From Candidatus Saccharimonadota bacterium (lineage in GTDB: Bacteria; Patescibacteriota; Patescibacteriia; 2-12-FULL-60-25), in assembly GCA_016699205.1 (NCBI GenBank), contig CP064964.1, positions 630,001 to 662,000 on the forward strand: 32,000 nucleotides of DNA, written 5' to 3'. Below the pieces are notes generated by a model. It worked only from the letters and a program-made list of their open reading frames with translations. It was not told the origin of the DNA and did no database searches. A program made the position numbers and the translations under genes. Below are positions 8,605-16,228 of this stretch, piece by piece. The first letter of the stretch is position 1. Every line of letters begins with the position of its first letter.

Positions 8605-9996
8605 ATGGACCAGCAAGCACTTTGGCAGGCGGCACTCGGTGAGCTCGAACTCACTTTGTCGAAAGCGAATTTTACGACCTGGTTTAAAAACACCTATCTC
8701 ATTCAAGCCGAGGGAACAAAGGCAATTGTCGCGGTTCCAAACACGTTTACCAAGGCGTGGATGGAAAAAAAATATAACGATCAGATCATAAAAGCCTTGC
8801 GAAATGCCTCGAATCTACCGATTCGTGAGGTGACGTATCGCATCGAAGTAAAGAACACGACGGTTTTGCCGATGGAAGTTACACAGCAGACAGCGGAGCC
8901 ATCGACTTCAACGTCGGAAGCATCTCGTTATGAAGCTCCGATGAAATCTGAAGGATCGAATAGCGATGTTGGTTTGAATCCGCGTTATACCTTTGGTTCG
9001 TTTATTGTTGGAAAGAGCAATGAGCTGGCGCATGCTGCGAGTCAGGCCGTCGCTTCCAAGACAGGCGATGTTTATAACCCGCTATTCATTCATGGCGGCG
9101 CTGGAATGGGTAAGACGCATCTTTTGCAGGCTATCGGCCATCATGTGCAGGCAAGGACTCCGGAAGCCAAAATCCGCTATGTCACGTGTGAACGTTTTAC
9201 CAATGAGTTCATTCAGTCGGTGCGCGGAGGCAGGATTAATGATTTTAAAGATAAATATCGCTTGGTTGACGTTCTTTTGATCGATGATATTCAGTTTTTG
9301 ACGGGGAAAGAGGGTACTCAGGAAGAGTTTTTCCACACATTTAACGCGCTTCATCAGAACAATAAGCAGATCGTTATCACTTCGGATCGACCGCCGAAAG
9401 ATATTCAAACCTTGGAAAGCCGTCTTCAGTCCCGTTTTGAGTGGGGCATGATGGTCGATATTTCCAAACCGGATTTTGAAACGCGCGTTGCTATTCTTCA
9501 GGCTAAGGGTCGAGACAAAAATTACGCTCTATCTACAGAAATTTTCCATGCGATTGCCGGCGCGATTCAGTCGAATGTACGTGAGTTGGAGGGCGCGATG
9601 AATAAGATTATCGCTTATCACCAGTTCAAGAACATTCAGCCAACGCTTGATTCCGTACAGCCGCTGCTTCAGAGCTTCACGCCGACGATTACCAAGCGAA
9701 ATGTCACGCCGCGCTTGCTGATCGAGACCGTTATCTCCTACTACGACATCTCGATGGAAGATATTCTTGGTAAAAGCCGCGAGCGCCGCCTCGCTTTCCC
9801 AAGACAAGTCGCGATGTACTTACTGCGTGAGGAAGCTAAATGCTCCTATCCTTCCATTGGCGACCAAATTGGAGGAAGAGACCATACGACAGCGATGCAT
9901 GCTTGCGACAAGATCAATACGCTCTTGAAAGATGACGAGCAATTGAGGCGAGATCTCACAACTCTGCGCGAACGCCTCTACAGCCAAAGCGCTTAG
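8605..9996 (+). CDS. dnaA: chromosomal replication initiator DnaA
   Basis: Walker A GGAGMGKTHLLQAIG, the sensor and box motifs, and a C-terminal DNA-binding helix ...GGRDHTTAMHA. I place the start at MDQQALW (8605) because the earlier ATG (8587) lies inside the putative -10 element. Confidence 0.95.
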   Translation: MDQQALWQAALGELELTLSKANFTTWFKNTYLIQAEGTKAIVAVPNTFTKAWMEKKYNDQIIKALRNASNLPIREVTYRIEVKNTTVLPMEVTQQTAEPSTSTSEASRYEAPMKSEGSNSDVGLNPRYTFGSFIVGKSNELAHAASQAVASKTGDVYNPLFIHGGAGMGKTHLLQAIGHHVQARTPEAKIRYVTCERFTNEFIQSVRGGRINDFKDKYRLVDVLLIDDIQFLTGKEGTQEEFFHTFNALHQNNKQIVITSDRPPKDIQTLESRLQSRFEWGMMVDISKPDFETRVAILQAKGRDKNYALSTEIFHAIAGAIQSNVRELEGAMNKIIAYHQFKNIQPTLDSVQPLLQSFTPTITKRNVTPRLLIETVISYYDISMEDILGKSRERRLAFPRQVAMYLLREEAKCSYPSIGDQIGGRDHTTAMHACDKINTLLKDDEQLRRDLTTLRERLYSQSA

Positions 9997-10269
9997 GTTA
10001 GCGCAATCATCTGTGGACAAAACTGTGGATAGGTGGGGATAAAACTAGGGACAACTGAGGGATAAAAGATCGGACATAATTAGAACGGGGTGTTTGTGCA
10101 CGTATTAGACGGATGATGTCCCCGTCAATGGTGGATGAATGAGGACGATAACATGGCTAAGACAAGCCATGTTTTTGATTATCCCCGCTGTCCACATAGC
10201 CTATTACTACTACTGTTTATATATATACTTGATTAACACAACACGGAGTGCGAACATCGGCATGAACAT
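9997..10269. other. oriC-like region (DnaA-box cluster plus AT-rich unwinding element)
   Basis: DnaA-box-like 9-mers at 10012-10020, 10024-10032, 10034-10042 and 10057-10065 (reverse orientation), and at 10179-10187 and 10188-10196 (forward). Each matches 7-8/9 of TTATCCACA. An AT-rich run ctattactactactgtttatatatatacttgattaa follows at 10201-10237. The dnaA-dnaN spacer is a classical oriC location. Confidence 0.6.
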
Positions 10270-11400
10270 ATGCATTTCGCTTGTACTCAGGAGAACCTTC
10301 TTCAAGGCCTTTCTCTGGTAAGTCATATCTCCGGGAAGAATGCCAATCTCCCTATCTTGGGAAATGTTCTTCTTAAGACAGACTCCGGAGGTTTAAAACT
10401 CTCGACGACCAATCTTGAGATGGCGGTTTCAGCCCAGGTCAGAGGACGTGTCGAGGCTCAGGGTGAGTTTACGGTTCCTGCCAAGCTTTTGCAGGATTAC
10501 ATTTCATTGCTTCCAGCCGGAAAGGTTGAATTGGTTTTGGCGGATGATGTATTGGAAGTTCGAGCGGATGGATCATCCACATCTATTAAGGGAATGCCGT
10601 CTTCCGAGTTCCCGCTTATCCCCAAGTTAGCCAAAGACGGTGGATATCATTTGAAGGCTGATGTTTTGCGAAATGCGATCGGACAGGTGGCGTTTGCCGT
10701 GTCGGGTTCCGAGTCGCGTCCGGAGCTTTCGGGTGTCGCTTGTTATTTCCATGGTCAGATCAATGGGAGTTTGGTGATGGCAGCTACGGACTCATACCGC
10801 CTCTCGGAGCGCGTTTTGCCCCTTGAGGGCACGGGGACGCAGAAAGAGGGTAAGTGTATCGTTCCGGCCCGCGCGATGCAGGAGGCGGCCAGAATCCTGA
10901 CGGCTTACAAGGATGATGTTGGGATGCCGGAACAGGTTGAGTGGTCGGTGACGGATAGCCAGATGGTCATGACTTATGGAAACGTGGAATTGATCTCGCG
11001 CTTGATTGAAGCTTCTTTCCCGGATTATCGACAGCTTATTCCGGCACAGTTCAAGACAACGATGGTTTTGTCACGATCAGAACTTCAGAAAGCGATTCGC
11101 GCCGCTTCATTGTTCTCACGCCAAGGATTGTTTGATATTCACTTCGAAGTTGTTCCAGGAGAAGGTTTGAAGGTTTCTTCTGCGGATACGGGAACGGGTG
11201 CACATAAGACGACATTGAAAGCCGAGATTGATGGTGATGCGAACAAAGTTATTTTGAACTTCCGTTATATTTCTGATGGATTGTCAGCGATGGGAACGGA
11301 TAAGATCGTGCTGCGCATGATTGATGCGATGAATCCGGTCGTCGTTACTCCAAAAGATCAGGAAGGTTTCCGCTACATCGTGATGCCGATCAGACAGTAG
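10270..11400 (+). CDS. dnaN: DNA polymerase III beta sliding clamp
   Basis: 376 aa. MHFACTQENLLQGLSLVSHISGKNANLPILGNVLLK... is a typical DnaN N-terminus. The gene sits directly after dnaA. Confidence 0.95.
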   Translation: MHFACTQENLLQGLSLVSHISGKNANLPILGNVLLKTDSGGLKLSTTNLEMAVSAQVRGRVEAQGEFTVPAKLLQDYISLLPAGKVELVLADDVLEVRADGSSTSIKGMPSSEFPLIPKLAKDGGYHLKADVLRNAIGQVAFAVSGSESRPELSGVACYFHGQINGSLVMAATDSYRLSERVLPLEGTGTQKEGKCIVPARAMQEAARILTAYKDDVGMPEQVEWSVTDSQMVMTYGNVELISRLIEASFPDYRQLIPAQFKTTMVLSRSELQKAIRAASLFSRQGLFDIHFEVVPGEGLKVSSADTGTGAHKTTLKAEIDGDANKVILNFRYISDGLSAMGTDKIVLRMIDAMNPVVVTPKDQEGFRYIVMPIRQ

Positions 11401-11414
11401 GAACTATGCAGCAA

Positions 11415-11449
11415 GAAAAACGCCCCGGTTAACGGGGCGTTTTTTTTTA
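11415..11449. terminator. bidirectional intrinsic terminator
   Basis: aaaaACGCCCCG-gttaa-CGGGGCGTttttttttt between the convergent dnaN and PBP genes. Confidence 0.8.
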
Positions 11450-14305
11450 TTCTGTAATGTTTACACTGATTTGCACGCGGTCGAATTGATCGACATTGGC
11501 CTTTTTGGCTTTGACGACGAGATCGTAGCGGCCGATTGGAGGACCGGCTGGGACGGAGATGGTGATCTCGTTGGCGTTGGGCAGGAGCTGCGTTCCTACG
11601 AGACGATCAACGCTGTCGCTGCCGATGAAGCTGACGTCTACGCGATCATATTGCGATGGGTTTTCCAGACGGACGCGGATGATTTTTGGGAATGTCGTGC
11701 GTGCCCAGGTTTCTCCGTTGGAAGGCGCGATGATCGAGATGGTTGGTTCGTTTGGATCGGCATCGGCTTCAAGGTTGAAGGTTGTGCTCGACTCGCCCCA
11801 TTGGCCCATGTTGTCGTAAGCGCGGACGATGAGTGTGCGGAAGCCTTTGCCGATGCTGTTTGGAATTCTTACGCGGAAATCCCAGGGAGCATTGAAACCA
11901 GATCCAACAGGCGTGCCGTCGACGAATGCTTCTACGCGCGTGATTGGGCGCGAGGAGTTGATCGAGAGACTGACCTGCATCTGACGTGTAAAGATCGATC
12001 CATTTGCTTGCGGCGAGAGCACGGAGATTTGCGGTCGAGTTTCTTCCGTGAAGGCGTCATCCGTTTCTGTCGGGATCGTGCTCGTTGCATTCCAGCTTGT
12101 TTTTGAGACCCAGGTTTGAACGCCGGTTTCCCAGTTGGAGAATTGTGGATCATCGGCCGGGTTGGATGGAGGTGGTCCGGTTGGATCGTCTTTATCGACG
12201 TAGTAAAGAATGTCATGCGCTTCTCTGCCGATGCGTTCTTCTACGAGTTCCGGCGGCGTCTGATCGGTGGCGAGTTTGCCGGTCAATTTGTTGACTTTGA
12301 TTTTTTGTTCAAAGACTTTGCCGAGCAGGATTGGGCGTGTTGTTTCCGGAGGGGCGGGCTTGGTGAAGCGTTCAATTGGTTTGCCGGTGAGCGCGCGCTT
12401 CATGAAGGCCTGCCAGATCGGTGCGGCGACGATGGAGCCGTCCGCGCCGCGTTTCATTTCCGAGTTATCGTTGTTGCCGACCCAGACAACCGAGACGAGG
12501 TTGGGCGTGTAGCCCGCCGTCCATGCATCGTGGTTGTTGTTGGTGGTTCCGGTTTTGGCAGCTACCGGACGATCCGGAAGCGTGAGCGAGTTACGGCCGC
12601 CAAAAATGTAGGCGCGCGCATTGTTGTCGGAGAGAACGTCGTTGGTGAGGCGGGCGATCTGCTGATCCATGACGCGGCGAGCTTCCGGCTCCTTCCACTC
12701 TTCAAGGATTTTTCCGTCAGCATCTTCCACACGGAGAACGGCAGAGGTTGGACGCCATTCACCGTCGGTGGCAAAGGCTGCGAAGGCGGCAGCGTGCTCG
12801 ATTGGTTTCACTTCTGCGCCTCCGAGTACAAGTGATAATCCAAAGCGACTGCGGTCTTCTAACGTTGAATAGCCGAGTGTTTCGGCAAAATCGAGCACTC
12901 GTCCGACACCGACGAGGTAGAGAACTTTCACGGCCGGAATATTCAGAGAGCCGGCCAATGCCTGACGCAAAGAGACGGGACCGTTTTCTTTCAGACTGTA
13001 GTTTTTTGGTTCGTATTTTCCGATCTCGGTTTTGAAAACCGTGTTGACGTCCCAGACTTGGGTTTCTGGTAAGTAGCCGCGCATGAAGGCGGCCGCATAA
13101 ACAATCGGCTTAAAGCTGGAGCCAGGCTGACGCTCCGACAAGGTTACGTTGAATTGACCGTCGTTCTCTTCATCAAAGAAATCCTTGGATCCGACCATTG
13201 TCAGGACTTGCCCAGTCTTTGGTTCCAAAGCAACGAGGGCGGCGTTGGTAAATTGGTATTGTTTTCCAAGTGTTTCAACGCCTTTTTTTATTTCCTCTTC
13301 TGCTGCCTGCTGCATGCTCCAGTCCAAGGTTGTAATGACTTTCAATCCGCCTTGTGCGACAGCGCGATCACCATAGGTTGTTTCAAGAAGATCGCGGACA
13401 TACATGACAAAGTGCGGCGCATCGATATTGCCGATGCGGCGCGGTTTAATTTTTTCAAGCGTCTTTACTTCTTTAGCGGCATCGACTTCTTCACGAGAAA
13501 AAAATCCTTCATCAGCCATTTTTGTGAGGACGAGATGCTGACGTTGTACGAGTTGTTCGCGATGATCACCGCTCAAGCCGGTGCCGTACGGAGAAAAATA
13601 ATCTGGACGCTGAATGATGGCTGCAAGTAATGCCGATTCATCAAGCGTTAATTCTTTTGCAGGTTTTCCAAAATAGGTTTGCGAGGCCGACTCGACGCCA
13701 TACAAGTTTGAGCCGAATGGAATCTCGTTCAAATACAGCTGCAAGATCTCTTCTTTGGAATACTTCTGTTCAATCTGCAGTGACAAAATAATTTCACGCA
13801 GCTTACGCGTGTAGGAGCGCTCTGTTGTGAGAATGGCATTGCGGACGAGCTGCTGAGTTAGTGTTGAAGTTCCTTGCAAACGCTGGCCGCGCAAAACGCT
13901 CATGACGCCGGCGCGTAGGAAGCCGCGCCAGTAGACGCCGTTGTGTTCGTAAAATAAACGGTCCTCGATCGCGATGGCGGCTTTCTGCATCGAGTTTGGA
14001 ATCTCATCGATCTTTACGAGTGTGCGACGTTCATCGCCGTGGATCTCATAAAGGAGATGTTCTCCGGTACGATCAAAGATTTTGGTCGATTGCTGGACGC
14101 TTCTGGTGATCAGGGAGTTTGGATCAGGCAAATCGCGGCTGACCCAAGCGGCAAACAAGGTAAAGACAAAAAGACCGATTACAGAGATCGCTAAACCTCC
14201 TAAAACGGCTATTTTTAGCGCAATCCAAGCCTTTGGGCCGAGTTTTCGGCTCAATGGACGTAGTTTGTAGCTCAAGTCTCTAAATATTTTGCTAATATTA
14301 GCCAT
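11447..14305 (-). CDS. class A penicillin-binding protein (glycosyltransferase + transpeptidase) with C-terminal Ig-like extension
   Basis: GT51 motifs (IAIEDRLFYEHNG, GTSTLTQQL), transpeptidase motifs (PGSSFKP, SLN, KTGTT), and an N-terminal TM anchor. I place the start at ATG MANISKIF (14305). The track uses a TTG 8 codons further upstream. Confidence 0.9.
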   Translation of the reverse strand: MANISKIFRDLSYKLRPLSRKLGPKAWIALKIAVLGGLAISVIGLFVFTLFAAWVSRDLPDPNSLITRSVQQSTKIFDRTGEHLLYEIHGDERRTLVKIDEIPNSMQKAAIAIEDRLFYEHNGVYWRGFLRAGVMSVLRGQRLQGTSTLTQQLVRNAILTTERSYTRKLREIILSLQIEQKYSKEEILQLYLNEIPFGSNLYGVESASQTYFGKPAKELTLDESALLAAIIQRPDYFSPYGTGLSGDHREQLVQRQHLVLTKMADEGFFSREEVDAAKEVKTLEKIKPRRIGNIDAPHFVMYVRDLLETTYGDRAVAQGGLKVITTLDWSMQQAAEEEIKKGVETLGKQYQFTNAALVALEPKTGQVLTMVGSKDFFDEENDGQFNVTLSERQPGSSFKPIVYAAAFMRGYLPETQVWDVNTVFKTEIGKYEPKNYSLKENGPVSLRQALAGSLNIPAVKVLYLVGVGRVLDFAETLGYSTLEDRSRFGLSLVLGGAEVKPIEHAAAFAAFATDGEWRPTSAVLRVEDADGKILEEWKEPEARRVMDQQIARLTNDVLSDNNARAYIFGGRNSLTLPDRPVAAKTGTTNNNHDAWTAGYTPNLVSVVWVGNNDNSEMKRGADGSIVAAPIWQAFMKRALTGKPIERFTKPAPPETTRPILLGKVFEQKIKVNKLTGKLATDQTPPELVEERIGREAHDILYYVDKDDPTGPPPSNPADDPQFSNWETGVQTWVSKTSWNATSTIPTETDDAFTEETRPQISVLSPQANGSIFTRQMQVSLSINSSRPITRVEAFVDGTPVGSGFNAPWDFRVRIPNSIGKGFRTLIVRAYDNMGQWGESSTTFNLEADADPNEPTISIIAPSNGETWARTTFPKIIRVRLENPSQYDRVDVSFIGSDSVDRLVGTQLLPNANEITISVPAGPPIGRYDLVVKAKKANVDQFDRVQISVNITE

Positions 14306-14322
14306 TTTATTGGGCAAAACCC

Positions 14323-14351
14323 TTGACAAAAGGGCTTTATTATGTTATGAT
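14323..14351 (+). promoter_or_regulatory. sigma70-like promoter TTGACA-N17-TATGAT
   Basis: Near-consensus hexamers with 17-nt spacing, 27 nt upstream of the ATG at 14378. Confidence 0.5.
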
Positions 14352-14377
14352 TTTCCGTTAATTATTCAAGCCTGACT

Positions 14378-15007
14378 ATGACTATCTATACCATCAACAA
14401 GTATAACGTAGCCAAAAAGACGTGTCTTGCCATTATGGCTGTCGTCCTCGTTGGCGTACAGGCTGCTGCTCCGGTTGCCAAGGCTGCGGATTTTATCCCA
14501 AGCTTGCTTTGGTCTAAAACGGAGACGGATTCTGCTAATGACAAAGTCATTGTTCTCCCGCAAAAGTCTCGCCCGACTACGATTAAGACCATTCGTATGG
14601 ACTCAACGGCTTATACGTCTCGTGCTAATGAAACGGATGGTAGTCCGTTTATCACGGCTGACGGTTCTGTTGTTCGCGACGGTTATGTTGCAACGAATGT
14701 CTTGCCGATTGGTACCAAGATCCGTATTCCTTCCGTATTCGGTGACAAGATTTTTGAGGTTCGTGATCGCATGAATCCGCGCTATCGCTATCGCGTCGAC
14801 ATCTGGATGGGTGATCTTGCGTCTGCCAAGGCTTATGGATTGAAGCGCAATATCGAGGTTGAAGTTATCGAGATGGGTACGGGTAAAAAGAATTGGGAGC
14901 AGTGGAATGGCCGCACGGCTGACCTTAATAAGGTTGGTAAGTATGGTCCGGCCGCTGAACCGATCCCGCAGCCTTATATCATCGCGAAGATTGACGACCA
15001 GAGTTAA
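14378..15007 (+). CDS. secreted 3D-domain (MltA/RlpA-like fold) cell-wall-binding/hydrolase protein
   Basis: Signal peptide ...VGVQAAAPVAKA|ADF. The C-terminal half STAYTSRANETDGSPFITADGSVVRDGYVATNVLPIGTKIRIP...FEVRDRMNPRYRYRVDIWM resembles the 3D domain pattern. Confidence 0.75.
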   Translation: MTIYTINKYNVAKKTCLAIMAVVLVGVQAAAPVAKAADFIPSLLWSKTETDSANDKVIVLPQKSRPTTIKTIRMDSTAYTSRANETDGSPFITADGSVVRDGYVATNVLPIGTKIRIPSVFGDKIFEVRDRMNPRYRYRVDIWMGDLASAKAYGLKRNIEVEVIEMGTGKKNWEQWNGRTADLNKVGKYGPAAEPIPQPYIIAKIDDQS

Positions 15008-15011
15008 AAAC

Positions 15012-15041
15012 AAAAAGACTCCCGATGGGAGTCTTTTTGTT
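15012..15041. terminator. bidirectional intrinsic terminator
   Basis: AAAAAGACTCCC-gat-GGGAGTCTTTTT between the 3D-domain gene and tRNA-Cys. Confidence 0.8.
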
Positions 15042-15116
<75 letters not shown>

Positions 15117-15138
15117 GCAGTCGTTTCTGTGTGCGAGG

Positions 15139-15167
15139 ATATTAGCCATAGGTGTTGATTTTCGCAA
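15139..15167 (-). promoter_or_regulatory. promoter candidate TTGCGA-N17-TAATAT (tRNA-Cys)
   Basis: Minus strand hexamers at 15167-15162 and 15144-15139, about 20 nt upstream of the tRNA 5' end. Confidence 0.45.
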
Positions 15168-15182
15168 GCGATGAACCAACTC

Positions 15183-15211
15183 TTTACGAGACTTTCTATC
15201 TGTAGTATCCT
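15183..15211 (+). promoter_or_regulatory. promoter candidate TTTACG-N17-TATCCT
   Basis: Correct spacing, upstream of the ORF at 15268. Weaker hexamers. Confidence 0.3.
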
Positions 15212-15267
15212 GCGGGCCCGTTTGTCTTTCAAGTGGGCGGGCAACGCACTTTTTCAAGAGGAGTTTC

Positions 15268-16152
15268 ATGGAGCCTATGTCTCATCGATACGATACACCC
15301 GTACCGATCCCGAATGTCGAGGTGAAACGCGTTTCTCTCAACGAGCTGGCAACAGCTCACGCCAAGACGGGAGAGCGGTCGGTGCTGCTCGCCATCGACA
15401 TGAAGCAGGAGGTACATGAGGGGGTGATTGGTTTGATGCCGCTTTTGCCGGTGACGCGGTTCATTCCGTACAAGCCGGAGTATGCACTGGTGCGAGGATA
15501 CTACTCGATCGGACGCGTGGTGTTTCTGACGGGTAATGTGCGATTGCGCGCATTGCTTTCGGAGCCTGAGTCGCTCGATCTGGTGGTCGATGCGATCAGG
15601 CGTCGGCGCAATCCGCAAACGGGCGTGACTCCCATGGAGGCGCGCTTCGTCGGACCGCTCGAGACTTGTCTCATGCGGCGCGAGGGCCGATGGACCGAGC
15701 TCACGCAGCGCGGTGAAGGTCCTGCCGTGACGGGCGTCGATGCGCAGAGCGACATGGCTTACGCCATTCAGCTGCGTGGATCGGAGCGCTCGCTGTCCAT
15801 CGTTCGCGGACGACCGACGCTCGAGGGCGTCATCAACTGGGAGCTTGTGACCACGGCGCCGGATGGCGTTTCTATCCTGGATGCGAGCCGAATGGTGCGC
15901 GATCGGGATGGTGCGCTACTCAGCTTGGTCTCGCTCGAGGGCGAGTGCGTGAAGCTTCTCTCGCTGACCAAAGGTAAGGTGTATTGGGGTGAAGACATCC
16001 GGCTGCCTGGCTCTGCCATCGAGGGAAATGGCGTGGGTGCGGAGCCGGGATCGATCCTGACCCAGCGATGGGCAGAGGACGGTTACCTCGTCACCCAGTA
16101 CAGTCGTTTCTACAATCTTCCGCTCTTGGCCTATCTGAAGTCGAGCGGCTGA
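15268..16152 (+). CDS. hypothetical protein (orphan, GC-rich island)
   Basis: 294-aa ORF with SD AGAGGAGtttcATG, followed by a strong terminator. No family recognised. Confidence 0.7.
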   Translation: MEPMSHRYDTPVPIPNVEVKRVSLNELATAHAKTGERSVLLAIDMKQEVHEGVIGLMPLLPVTRFIPYKPEYALVRGYYSIGRVVFLTGNVRLRALLSEPESLDLVVDAIRRRRNPQTGVTPMEARFVGPLETCLMRREGRWTELTQRGEGPAVTGVDAQSDMAYAIQLRGSERSLSIVRGRPTLEGVINWELVTTAPDGVSILDASRMVRDRDGALLSLVSLEGECVKLLSLTKGKVYWGEDIRLPGSAIEGNGVGAEPGSILTQRWAEDGYLVTQYSRFYNLPLLAYLKSSG

Positions 16153-16163
16153 TCGGCATTTCT

Positions 16164-16205
16164 GAGGACCTCGGACATTCTGTCCGAGGTCCTCTTCTTT
16201 TTGTT
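16164..16205 (+). terminator. intrinsic terminator
   Basis: GAGGACCTCGGACA-ttc-TGTCCGAGGTCCTC followed by ttcttttt. Confidence 0.8.
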
Positions 16206-16228
16206 CTCCGATATGTCATGCTGTGGCC

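Noticed and set aside
11471-12835. Plus-strand ORFs 11471-12106 and 12116-12835.
   Set aside because: They are antisense to the PBP gene, whose catalytic motifs are unambiguous.
14291-14302. The 12-bp perfect palindrome GCTAATATTAGC also occurs at 26709-26720, with an 11/12 copy at 21401-21411. It was considered as a shared operator of envelope genes.
   Set aside because: The copy at 14291 lies inside PBP codons 2-5 (ANIS), and the motif is AT-rich and overlaps -10-like TAATAT sequence. Two exact copies are too few to separate from chance without a genome-wide count.
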